From positions 1 through 55,148 of the forward strand of contig PFXJ01000119.1 in the NCBI GenBank assembly GCA_002791595.1: a stretch of DNA of 55,148 bases, given 5' to 3'. The notes beneath the pieces were generated by a model. It saw only the letters and a program-made list of their open reading frames with translations, made no database searches and was not told the DNA's origin. A program made the translations under genes and the position numbers. This DNA is from a candidate division Zixibacteria bacterium CG_4_9_14_3_um_filter_46_8 (GTDB taxonomy: Bacteria; Zixibacteria; MSB-5A5; UM-FILTER-46-8). Shown piece after piece: positions 32,469 through 41,454 of this stretch; position 1 is the stretch's first letter; every line of letters starts with the position of its first letter.

Positions 32469-34712
32469 ATGGCAGACGTTAGACGAAAACAAATCACTAT
32501 CTTATTATCCATTCTGATTACAGTTTTCATCATTTCGATGGCGCTGGAGAGGCCAAAGCATATCGAGAAATTCGAACTGGCGATCGATGATATTATTTAC
32601 AGCCTGGGGATTCAAAAAGGGAAATTAGACGATATTGTTATCGTTGCCATTGATAATCAGACAGTGAATGCGATCGGTCGCTGGCCATGGCACAGAGATC
32701 GTTTGGCGGAATTGATCTCCGGAATCGCACTGCGGAATCCGAAAGTCATCGGCCTGGATATTCTACTTCAGCGCGATTTCGAGGAAGACACTCTGGGAAA
32801 TACAGACCGTCTCGCATCCGCCATTGAAGCGGCCGGCAACGTGGTCGTGCCATCTTATTTTACACTATCAAAAGGCGGGAAAATCGTTGATGATTCCCCT
32901 CCCGACTTTATCTATTACAATTCCTTTGTGTTATTCGATAACCCGATGACCATTGGCCTATATCCGATTCCTCGGGCAATCGAAGTTTATTCTCCCGCCG
33001 AGCAAATCGGCAGGGCTTCAGCCGCCATAGGCCACGTCAACCTGATTCCGGATTCCGATGGAAAGATTCGTTGGGAGCCGTTGGTCGTCTCTTTCAATTC
33101 GCATTATTTCCCATCATTCGCCATGCAAGTTGCCCGCCTGTACCGAAACGCAAGTCCGGGAGGAATCAAACTCGTGAGCGGGAAGGGTATCCAGCTGGGA
33201 ACACAAGAGATCCGAACTGATGCCGCTATGCGGATACCGATTAGTTATTCCGGCGGCTATAATACTTTCAAATATATTTCAGCCAGCGATATCTTTGAGG
33301 GGGATCTGCCGGAGGATGCGTTCGAAAACAAAATTGTGCTCGTTGGATACGTTGCGGCAGACAATCGGGATGTCGTTGCTACTCCTCTCACCGAAGTGTT
33401 GCCTGGCGTCGAAAAGCAAGCCTCCGTTGTGGAGAACCTGATCAACGGCAATATTTTGAAGGGAATAAAATCAAGCGCATGGCTCAACTTACTAATCCTG
33501 ATACTGTTCGGAGTCTTAGGGCCGATTATCCTGCCGCGTCTGGCGCTGCAATATCGAGTGATTTCGATCGTGGGCAGCCTCTTCCTTTTATTTAACATCG
33601 AATATTATATGTTTGTCAATTATGAGATTATGCTCCAATTCTTTTACCCCGCATTCGAGTTGGTGCTTTTTCTTGGCATTAGTCCGCTTCTGGCAAACGA
33701 CAGAACCGGAATGGGCTCGAAGATGCGGGCGGCACCGCTTAAAGATACTATGTTTGGAGGCAGGGATTTGAGGGGGGCAACCCAGAATATGGGGAATCTC
33801 GAACAGACCATTGTAACTTCGACTGCGGACAAAATTGAATACATGGGCAGATATAAAATCGAGAGGGTGCTGGGAAAAGGAGCGATGGGGACAGTATATA
33901 AGGGAGTTGACCCAGCCATAGGCCGTCCCGTGGCGATCAAGACCATACGTATTGATCGACTTGATTCTGACGCCGAGGCCGCCGAAATGCTCAAGCGGCT
34001 GAGCCAGGAAGCACATTCCGCTGGCAAGCTTTCTCACCCGAATATAATTATCATTTATGATGTTGGCCAGGAAAGGAATCTTCAATACATTGCTATGGAA
34101 TATCTTGAAGGTATGACCTTGGAGGAACTGCTGAAACAGCGCAAAGTGCTTGATTTCTATAAATCGGCGCTGATACTCAAACAAACCGCCGATGCTCTTG
34201 CTTACGCCCATAAACAAAATGTTGTGCATCGCGATATCAAGCCGGCAAATATAATGGTTCTTCCTGATGATACTGTCAAGGTTATGGATTTCGGAATTGC
34301 GCGTGCTGATAATATGCACATGACTCAAACCGGCATTACCGTAGGGACTCCCAACTATATCTCACCGGAACAGCTTCAAGGTGGCGATGTCGACGGGCGT
34401 GCCGATATATTTTCCGCCGGTGTGGTTCTTTATGAGGCTATCACGGGCGTCAAACCATTCCGTGGCGATAATATATCGTCATTAGTCGTCAATATTCTGA
34501 ATACGGTTCCTGCAAAACCATCTCAGGTAAATCCTGAAATCCCCGGTGAACTTGATATTATAACTATGAAGGCTCTCGAGAAGAATCGCGAGGTCCGCTT
34601 CCAGGACGCCGCTGATTTCGCAAATGACCTGCGGACTTTTCTTGGTGAAAAAGTGCAGACAAGCGAGCGCAACAACCTGAATGATTCCGCGCCAAACAAA
34701 GTCATCATCTGA
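32469..34712 (+). CDS. CHASE2 sensor domain Ser/Thr protein kinase
   Basis: CHASE2 motifs 'IVIVAIDNQTVNAIGRWPWHRDRLAELI', 'IGLDILL' and 'DSDGKIRW', followed by 3 TM segments. Hanks kinase motifs 'LGKGAMGTVYKG', 'VAIKTI', 'HRDIKPANIMV', 'DFGIA' and 'GTPNYISPEQ'. The ATG is at 32469 (the track start at 32460 is a TTG). Confidence 0.9.
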   Translation: MADVRRKQITILLSILITVFIISMALERPKHIEKFELAIDDIIYSLGIQKGKLDDIVIVAIDNQTVNAIGRWPWHRDRLAELISGIALRNPKVIGLDILLQRDFEEDTLGNTDRLASAIEAAGNVVVPSYFTLSKGGKIVDDSPPDFIYYNSFVLFDNPMTIGLYPIPRAIEVYSPAEQIGRASAAIGHVNLIPDSDGKIRWEPLVVSFNSHYFPSFAMQVARLYRNASPGGIKLVSGKGIQLGTQEIRTDAAMRIPISYSGGYNTFKYISASDIFEGDLPEDAFENKIVLVGYVAADNRDVVATPLTEVLPGVEKQASVVENLINGNILKGIKSSAWLNLLILILFGVLGPIILPRLALQYRVISIVGSLFLLFNIEYYMFVNYEIMLQFFYPAFELVLFLGISPLLANDRTGMGSKMRAAPLKDTMFGGRDLRGATQNMGNLEQTIVTSTADKIEYMGRYKIERVLGKGAMGTVYKGVDPAIGRPVAIKTIRIDRLDSDAEAAEMLKRLSQEAHSAGKLSHPNIIIIYDVGQERNLQYIAMEYLEGMTLEELLKQRKVLDFYKSALILKQTADALAYAHKQNVVHRDIKPANIMVLPDDTVKVMDFGIARADNMHMTQTGITVGTPNYISPEQLQGGDVDGRADIFSAGVVLYEAITGVKPFRGDNISSLVVNILNTVPAKPSQVNPEIPGELDIITMKALEKNREVRFQDAADFANDLRTFLGEKVQTSERNNLNDSAPNKVII

Positions 34713-34955
34713 TAGAAATCAAATTTCCTCCAAAAGGCAGTTGATCAATCGCTTTGTAAATATTATATCTAATGAGTGATTCCGCAGGATTTTTCTTGAA
34801 AAGGTCGCGCGATTTATGTTTATTATAGCGGGGCTTGTCGAGTCTGATTCAAGTTCTGCCAGCAATGACTGAATTAGCCGGAATCATTCGCTGGCATATA
34901 TGAACGATCAAGTTAAGTCTCAGAAGGCTAAATTTAGTGAGGAGAGAAAATTCAA

Positions 34956-36077
34956 ATGCCTGATAACCCTTTACAAAACCTCCTTCAATATGGACAAAGC
35001 ACCTGGCTGGATTACATTACCAGAAGCATGATTGAATCTGGTGAATTGGATCAATTAATAAGAGATTATGCAATTCATGGTATGACCTCCAACCCCACTA
35101 TTTTTCATCAGGCGATGGTGAAGAGTGATGATTATAAATCAGCGATTGAGAAGCTGGCGCATTCGGGAATGACAACCTCTGGGATATATGAATCGCTGGC
35201 GGTCGAAGATATTCAATCCGCTGCCGATAATCTTCGCTTCATCTACGATTCCTCGAAGGGCCGAGATGGCTACATTTCGCTGGAGGTTTCTCCTGAATTA
35301 GCCAATGATACGGATGCCACCATCCAGGAGGCCAGGCGTCTGTGGAAAAAAGTAAATCGTCCTAATTTGATGATAAAAGTACCCGGTACTCGTGAGGGCA
35401 TTCCCGCCATCGAACAGCTCTTGATTTCTGGTATTAACGTTAACATTACCCTGCTTTTTTCCCTTGAAGATTATGAAGTGGTGCGTCACACATATATAGG
35501 CGCCTTGGAAAATCGCCTTGAGAATGGTAAACCGATTGATCATTTGGCATCAGTAGCAAGTTTCTTTCTTAGCCGCATCGACACTTTGATTGATGATTTG
35601 CTCGAAGAGAATGAAAGGGCTGACAATAGTGAGGCTAAGGCCTTAAAGGGAAAAGCCGCCATTGCCTCTGCCAAGATTGCTTATCAGCATTATCTCAACG
35701 ATTTCCATTCGGAACGATTCATGAGGCTGAAAACCAAAGGCGGCAAAGTGCAACGGCCCCTCTGGGCAAGCACCAGCACCAAAAATCCAAATTACTCTGA
35801 TGTTATTTATGTGGAGCCTTTAATCGGACAGGATGTAATAAATACTCTGCCTTTGCCAACAGTGAAGGCGTTTAACGACCACGGAGTTGCCCGGGACACT
35901 ATCGGGATTGACCTTAATGAATCATATAAGGTTGTTGAGAGGCTGGAGGAAATTGGTATCAGTATGAGGAAAGTTACCAGTCAACTTCAAGATGAGGGTG
36001 TTCAGAAATTCAAGAATTCTTTCCGTGAATTGATGACGGGCTTGGAAGCAAAGCGTAAGCAATTGATCCGCTATTAA
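34956..36077 (+). CDS. tal: Transaldolase (long form)
   Basis: 'GQSTWLDYI', 'GMTSNPTIF', 'DGYISLEVSP', 'MIKVPGT..GIPAIE', 'INVNITLLFS' and 'SVASFFLSRID'. Confidence 0.9.
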   Translation: MPDNPLQNLLQYGQSTWLDYITRSMIESGELDQLIRDYAIHGMTSNPTIFHQAMVKSDDYKSAIEKLAHSGMTTSGIYESLAVEDIQSAADNLRFIYDSSKGRDGYISLEVSPELANDTDATIQEARRLWKKVNRPNLMIKVPGTREGIPAIEQLLISGINVNITLLFSLEDYEVVRHTYIGALENRLENGKPIDHLASVASFFLSRIDTLIDDLLEENERADNSEAKALKGKAAIASAKIAYQHYLNDFHSERFMRLKTKGGKVQRPLWASTSTKNPNYSDVIYVEPLIGQDVINTLPLPTVKAFNDHGVARDTIGIDLNESYKVVERLEEIGISMRKVTSQLQDEGVQKFKNSFRELMTGLEAKRKQLIRY

Positions 36078-36101
36078 TCATCGATTACCGGGGCAAGAGG
36101 T

Positions 36102-36135
36102 GAAGCGGGGTGGACTACCCCGCTTCCATTATTTT
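36102..36135 (+). terminator. Intrinsic terminator between convergent tal and the T9SS cargo gene
   Basis: GAAGCGGGG-TGGACTA-CCCCGCTTC (36102-36126), a 9-bp stem, followed by CATTATTTT. Confidence 0.6.
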
Positions 36136-36142
36136 GTCAACG

Positions 36143-37774
36143 CTATTTTAGCAAGGTCAGTTTTCTTGTAAATGCTTCTCCTCCAGAAGTAAGTCTGGCG
36201 TAATAAATGCCGGATGCTAACCCTTCGGCATTCAGGTTGACCAGATGATGACCCGTTGGCTTGAGCTCATTCACCAAATTTTTCACTACTTGACCTCTGA
36301 GGTTGAACAGGTCGATGCGTACCGGACCTTCGCGCACAATTTCGTAGCCCAGATTGGTAAAGCCGTTAAAGGGATTCGGATACGCGGGCGAAAGATAAAA
36401 CCTGCCGGGAACATATTTATTGCCACCATCATCGACCCCCACGGATATAGTATGACGCAAATACATTTGCGGATTGTTGGTCTCCTCGCCTTCCCCACCG
36501 GAAGACATACCGGCGTCTTTATCGTTAATGTAAAATAGATGCAATGCATTATTTACGAATTCGGCGGTGGAAAGCTGGAAATCATTATCGCAATTCCCGG
36601 GTTGGCATCCATCGCTATGAGAATTGGTGAGGTTTTCATCCGGAAACCAAAAAACACCATCATCTATGGAAAAGGTATAGAATATATCTCCATTAGAAAA
36701 CCCGCCGCTGGACATATCCAAGTCGTCAAACCTGCTATAAGTTACATATAGCTCGCCGGCATCGTTCACCGAAATGTTGCAGCTTGATATGGAAAGGTCC
36801 CAGGCTCCGGGAACTGAGTGATTCAAACCCTCTGTGATAATTGCCGCACCGGTGGCTTCACTCCAATGCCACAGCAGGCACGAATCGGAAGTGGCCTCAC
36901 GCGATATCTCATCATAAAATGGAGTCGTCCAGACAATATGCAGGTCCCCTTGCGGATCATAAACCGCATCGAGGCTATTGAAGCACCGCACAGTATCGTT
37001 CGTAGTATAATTGGTGATATTGATTTTATTATCGAAATCCCAGGTAACGCCATCGGGACTCTCAATATAAACAACATCATTATTATAGAAATCGGCATCA
37101 AAAATCTGGCGTGGTTTGGCATACACAATGGCAACTTTGCTGTCGTATTTGGAGCCAATCACCAGGTAGGCTTGCACCGCGATCGTATCGATTAGATTTG
37201 GGCCAACCCATTGCTGTCCATCGTTTTCAGAATGGGAATAGATCATCGGCACTGTTATTTCCTCCATTCCGTGAGCTATAGAAATGATATGATAATTCCC
37301 GCTATTATCAATGGCTACCCGCGGCCAAAAGGTTATATCTCCGGCAGGGAGATTATCCGGCGGATCGTACGTTGTGAAAATTCCCATTCCCCTACCGGCA
37401 TCAACCGCCAGCATCAAGTTTAGGTCGCTGAAATTATGGTAGGCGATAACGGCCGCATCATTGGCATCAGTGACCACCGTAGGGAAACCGCCGCCAGCCA
37501 CAGCGTTCACCGGCTGGCCCACATCGAATATGATGGTGCCATTCTCATCCACGAAATTATAATAGACATAGCGATTGGAGACATCCCCCGCTGTCCAGGA
37601 TAGGTGAGCTCCGGCTTGATCATCGAGGGCGCATCGGTTAATGGTGGCGCCAACTGTCTGCTGATCCCTGGTACTGTAGCCCACTATTTGTCCAGGTGAA
37701 TCGGCAAAAACCTTAAGTGGAACAAACATTGATGCGACTGACAGGATTGTCAACGCAATTCGGAATTTTGACAT
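36143..37774 (-). CDS. Secreted BNR-repeat (sialidase-like beta-propeller) protein with T9SS C-terminal sorting domain
   Basis: Signal peptide 'MSKFRIALTILSVASMFVPLKVFA'. BNR-like S-x-D-x-G-x-x-W motifs 'SENDGQQW', 'SPDGVTW' and 'SIDDGVFW'. C-terminal 'AYPNPFNGFTNLGYEI..LFNLRGQVV..SGIYYARL..RKLTLLK'. Confidence 0.8.
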   Translation of the reverse strand: MSKFRIALTILSVASMFVPLKVFADSPGQIVGYSTRDQQTVGATINRCALDDQAGAHLSWTAGDVSNRYVYYNFVDENGTIIFDVGQPVNAVAGGGFPTVVTDANDAAVIAYHNFSDLNLMLAVDAGRGMGIFTTYDPPDNLPAGDITFWPRVAIDNSGNYHIISIAHGMEEITVPMIYSHSENDGQQWVGPNLIDTIAVQAYLVIGSKYDSKVAIVYAKPRQIFDADFYNNDVVYIESPDGVTWDFDNKINITNYTTNDTVRCFNSLDAVYDPQGDLHIVWTTPFYDEISREATSDSCLLWHWSEATGAAIITEGLNHSVPGAWDLSISSCNISVNDAGELYVTYSRFDDLDMSSGGFSNGDIFYTFSIDDGVFWFPDENLTNSHSDGCQPGNCDNDFQLSTAEFVNNALHLFYINDKDAGMSSGGEGEETNNPQMYLRHTISVGVDDGGNKYVPGRFYLSPAYPNPFNGFTNLGYEIVREGPVRIDLFNLRGQVVKNLVNELKPTGHHLVNLNAEGLASGIYYARLTSGGEAFTRKLTLLK

Positions 37775-38049
37775 ATTACCTCCTTAGTTTTTGAATTACT
37801 CCAATGCCAATATAATAGTTCTTTTATTCTTGGCCATAGTGTTTTTTTCACTTAGGGATCATTTCCCAATTATCATAGCTTTCAGAAGCCTGGCGGCAAC
37901 AACTACTTCCTATCTAATAAATTATCCCCTGATATGCTAAATAATTTTCAGCAAAATGTCGATACAATTAATTGAGTATATATGGTAGGAATCAATGGCA
38001 CCCCTCATCTTTGCGGAAAGCATACTGCGAGACACACGGGTTTTTTTGC

Positions 38050-38078
38050 TTGACAACATTCGCAGAAGCAAATAAGTT
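38050..38078 (+). promoter_or_regulatory. Sigma70-like promoter candidate for the pil operon
   Basis: TTGACA (38050-38055), a 17-nt spacer, then TAAGTT (38073-38078), 27 nt before the pilM ATG at 38105. Confidence 0.3.
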
Positions 38079-38104
38079 TGCGAAAGCTCAAGAATGGATT
38101 CAGA

Positions 38105-39154
38105 ATGAGGTTTCTAGGAAAGAAGAAAGAAGCGCTGGGATTGGATATTGGTTCCAATTCCCTTAAACTCATTAGGCTGGGGCGCAGAGGAAATAGCTAT
38201 CAACTTAAAGCCATTGGTTATCGGGAAATATCTCCGGATGCATTTATTGCTTCGGAAGTAAAAGACCGAGAGACCATCATATTCGAAATTCAAAACTTGA
38301 TGGACCAATATGCTCCGGGCATCAAGGATGTTGCGGTTTCCATTGAGGGGCATAGCATAATCACTGATAAAATAACCATCGAGAAAAAATCGGGCGCTGA
38401 AGCCGAGCAAGCCATTCTTTTTGAAGCTGAGCAGCGTTCGCCTTTTGATGTTGAGGATGTCACTATGGATTATCACATCATCCACATCAACGAAGAGACT
38501 AATAAGATGGACGTCTTGCTGGTGGCGGCCCGCAATGAATATCTTCGATCATATCTCAGTCTGATTATCGATGCCGGATTAAATCCGGTTCTTGTTGATG
38601 CTGACTCCTTGACGATTTTGAATTCGTTTGAGATAAATTATGAAATAGATCCCAATAGGATCATAGCTCTGGCCAATGTCGGCTTTGACACCACCAATGT
38701 GACCTTCCTGAAAGATGGTTTCTACCATTCCACCCGTGACGTTACCGGTGGGGGACGTCTCATTTTCGATGCCATACAGAGGGAGTTTCATTTGAATCAG
38801 GAATCGGCCGCCAGGGTTATCAGGGGAGAAACTTCCGGCGCCCTCGACGAGGATCTTTATAAGGCCACTCTGGTAACTTCAACCGATGAATTGCTATCGG
38901 GTCTCGATGTTGCTTTTTCCTATTTCAAATCATCTGCGAGGGTCTCGGAAGTGGACTGGGTATTGCTATCAGGTGGAGGGGCGTTGATACCGAATTTTGC
39001 AGACCTTTGCCAGTCAAGATTGGGAACGCCGGTGGAGATTGCCAACCCCTTGCGAAACATCGAATACGACCCGTCGCTCTTCGAGGGAATTCATATTGAG
39101 CAGATAGCCCCCATTTTTTCGGTGGCGGTAGGATTGGCTGCGAGGAAGGTTTAG
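38105..39154 (+). CDS. pilM: Type IV pilus assembly ATPase-fold protein PilM
   Basis: 'ALGLDIGSNSLKLIRL', actin-like fold motifs, 'VLVDADSLTILN', 'ANVGFDTTNVTF', 'GGG..F' and 'LSGGGALIPN'. Confidence 0.9.
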   Translation: MRFLGKKKEALGLDIGSNSLKLIRLGRRGNSYQLKAIGYREISPDAFIASEVKDRETIIFEIQNLMDQYAPGIKDVAVSIEGHSIITDKITIEKKSGAEAEQAILFEAEQRSPFDVEDVTMDYHIIHINEETNKMDVLLVAARNEYLRSYLSLIIDAGLNPVLVDADSLTILNSFEINYEIDPNRIIALANVGFDTTNVTFLKDGFYHSTRDVTGGGRLIFDAIQREFHLNQESAARVIRGETSGALDEDLYKATLVTSTDELLSGLDVAFSYFKSSARVSEVDWVLLSGGGALIPNFADLCQSRLGTPVEIANPLRNIEYDPSLFEGIHIEQIAPIFSVAVGLAARKV

Positions 39155-39160
39155 ATTAGT

Positions 39161-39850
39161 ATGATTGAGATTAATCTGCTTCCCAAGGAATTTCAGAAGA
39201 AAGCGATTTCAATCTCGTTTGACCGGAGTTTGATCTATGCTTTGGCAGGAGCAGTCGCATTAATATTGCTGATGGTGATCTATTCGATTTATCAGAAATA
39301 CGAGATTTCCGGGATCAAGGAGAAAATTGTAGAAGCGCGGTCGCAGACCGACGCTTACAATGATGAGATCACCCAGATCGATGAGCTTAATAGGCTTAAA
39401 AACGATTTGATGGCCAGAATCTCGGCTATTGAGATATTGGACGAGAACCGCGCCTACTGGGTAGATCTTTTTGGTGACCTTGCTGTGAGAGTTCCTGCCC
39501 ATGTTTGGCTTACGGGCTTGAAACAGGCCGGCGCCGGCGAAAAGCAGGAGATCGGCAAAATAAAAGGTCAGCCGATTGAACCGTCCGAAGGCAAATCCAG
39601 CATTGAAGGTCGGGCATTCTCGCTGAATTCCCTGGCCGCCTTTCTCATCCAGTTGCATGATTCCGGTTTCTTCAAGGATATTAGCGTTTCTCAGATCAAA
39701 CTGGAAGATTTCGACGGCAAGGCGATATATACTTTCGTGATTAATTGCGACTTGGCGGGATCTACGGTAGAAAAGACAACGGAGACTATGGCCACAGATG
39801 GTGCTAATGCCGGCAAAACCCCAGGCGACACAACGGCATCAAAATCATAA
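39161..39850 (+). CDS. pilN: Type IV pilus assembly protein PilN
   Basis: Classic start 'MIEINLLPKEF', a single TM segment, then a coiled coil. Position follows pilM. Confidence 0.85.
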   Translation: MIEINLLPKEFQKKAISISFDRSLIYALAGAVALILLMVIYSIYQKYEISGIKEKIVEARSQTDAYNDEITQIDELNRLKNDLMARISAIEILDENRAYWVDLFGDLAVRVPAHVWLTGLKQAGAGEKQEIGKIKGQPIEPSEGKSSIEGRAFSLNSLAAFLIQLHDSGFFKDISVSQIKLEDFDGKAIYTFVINCDLAGSTVEKTTETMATDGANAGKTPGDTTASKS

Positions 39851-39889
39851 CCAAATCGCAGATTAGCTTTGATGCTTAATTGAAAAGAT

Positions 39890-40495
39890 ATGATAGATAT
39901 TAAGGATCCGAAAAATCAAAAACTTATCCTGGTCATCATTGGATTTTTGCTGATCGCCTATGGCTGGTATTCTCAATTTTGCACAAAAAGCCAGGATGAA
40001 ATTAATCAATTCAATTCCGAATATGAAGGACTGCTTGCAAAGTTGAGCCAGGTGGAACAGAAGGCTAAAAGCCTTGAGGCATTGAAAGCCGAATATAATG
40101 ATTTATTGATTTCCTACAGGCCAATGAAGCAGCTACTCCCTGATTCGTTAGAATTCTCAACTCTCCTTAATCAGCTTCACGTAGCGGCGCAGAATAATAG
40201 ATCGATTGTGTTCGAGATTACTCCCAAAGGTGAGGAGCAGAAGGAATATTATAACTCAGTCTTCTACGCAGTCAAAATGGCAACTACCTTCCATGATATG
40301 GGCAGCTTTTTGGCCGAGGTTGCCAATTTTCCATTTATCGTCAATGTCTCTAAGGTAATCTCTAAAACCTATGAGGATTTGCCAAAGGCTCCTAAGGTCA
40401 AGGAAAAAAGTATGATAACAGAATTCGTGCTGACCGCCTATACTGCCAAGCCATCGGCAAATGTGAACGTGAAACCGGCAAACCCGCAGAATTGA
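39890..40495 (+). CDS. pilO: Type IV pilus assembly protein PilO
   Basis: TM segment, coiled coil (LAKLSQVEQKAKSLEALKAEY), then a C-terminal alpha/beta domain 'FHDMGSFLAEVANFPFIVNVSKV'. Position lies between pilN and the PilP-like gene. Confidence 0.7.
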   Translation: MIDIKDPKNQKLILVIIGFLLIAYGWYSQFCTKSQDEINQFNSEYEGLLAKLSQVEQKAKSLEALKAEYNDLLISYRPMKQLLPDSLEFSTLLNQLHVAAQNNRSIVFEITPKGEEQKEYYNSVFYAVKMATTFHDMGSFLAEVANFPFIVNVSKVISKTYEDLPKAPKVKEKSMITEFVLTAYTAKPSANVNVKPANPQN

Positions 40496-40499
40496 TGGT

Positions 40500-41444
40500 A
40501 TGAATAAGATTCCCAAAATAATTGGCGCTGTTTTCTTAGTGATCCTCATCTGGGCTTCCTACACAGGGGCGTACGAGATAAAGAACATCGATCTATCGAA
40601 GATCGGGAATATGACCATAGCCACCATATATGCGGATGGCAAAATCGATTTCACCCATAAAATCATCAGTGAAGCTCCAATCAGGGTCGTTGTGGATTTC
40701 AGAAATGCCCGGCATGCGCTTCCTAATAAGGATTATTTCTCGCTCCCTTCGGCCACCCTGAAATCGATCCGTACCAGTCAATTCTCTCTGGATCCCCTGA
40801 TCACGAGGGTTGTCTTTGATATCGGGAAACCGATAACTTATACAGTGAGAGATGAAGGTGACAAGCTGGTTTTAAGTTTTCCTACTCCCAATGATCCGGA
40901 ATTTTCTCCATGGGCGGCGACGGTTCCGATGATCGAGCGGCACGCAAAAGCCCCGGCTGATACCGCTGAACGAAAGACGGAAATCAAGAGGGTGGTCAGG
41001 AAGGAAGGTAAGCCAGCTCCAGAGCCAACAGCAGAGGAAGCGTCGGATCAAGTGGAAAAATTGGCAACTCCCACACCTTCTATAAGCAGCAAATGGATCG
41101 AGTTGGAAACAGCGTATCAGCGCGAGCTGATTGCCTACAGGAGTGGCGAGACTCGTGACCCATTTGCCTCCCTGATTGAAACCAAAAAAGCAGGCAAAGC
41201 ATTTGGTGAAACTGTTCTGCCCGCGGTGGAGGAGTTAATCCTAGTAGGCGTACTCCAGGGAGACGATGTCAATATCGCCCTTTGCCAGGACGGTCATGGT
41301 AACGGATTTATGTTCAAGCCCGGCGACAAAATAAAGAACGGTTGGGTTTCAGAAGTCACGAAGGAAACCGCTTACTTTAGAGTATCCGAATTCGGGTGGA
41401 CCCGAACCGTCGGCATCAGACTGCAAAATACAATAACCGAATGA
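40500..41444 (+). CDS. AMIN domain fused to a PilP-like C-terminal domain
   Basis: AMIN-like region 'IKNIDLSKIGNMTIATIYADGKIDF..IRVVVDFRNARHAL..LITRVVFDIGKPITYTV..KLVLSF'. PilP-like region 'RDPFASL..VEELILVGVLQGDDVNIALCQDGHGNGFMFKPGDKIKNGWVSEVTKETAYF'. Confidence 0.7.
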   Translation: MNKIPKIIGAVFLVILIWASYTGAYEIKNIDLSKIGNMTIATIYADGKIDFTHKIISEAPIRVVVDFRNARHALPNKDYFSLPSATLKSIRTSQFSLDPLITRVVFDIGKPITYTVRDEGDKLVLSFPTPNDPEFSPWAATVPMIERHAKAPADTAERKTEIKRVVRKEGKPAPEPTAEEASDQVEKLATPTPSISSKWIELETAYQRELIAYRSGETRDPFASLIETKKAGKAFGETVLPAVEELILVGVLQGDDVNIALCQDGHGNGFMFKPGDKIKNGWVSEVTKETAYFRVSEFGWTRTVGIRLQNTITE

Positions 41445-41454
41445 GGTGATAAAT

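Noticed and set aside
33588-34328. 246-aa ORF on the minus strand inside the kinase gene. The same applies to other long antisense ORFs: 25154-25777(+), 12180-12647(-), 41971-42486(-), 29960-30409(-), 8328-8714(-) and 4445-4837(-).
   Set aside because: Each lies entirely inside a confidently identified gene on the opposite strand and has a low-complexity, motif-free translation. They are shadow ORFs, not genes.
37990-38010. Possible sigma-54 promoter 'TGGCACCCCTCATCTTTGC' upstream of pilM
   Set aside because: The GG-to-GC spacing is 4 nt longer than the TGGCAC-N5-TTGC consensus allows.
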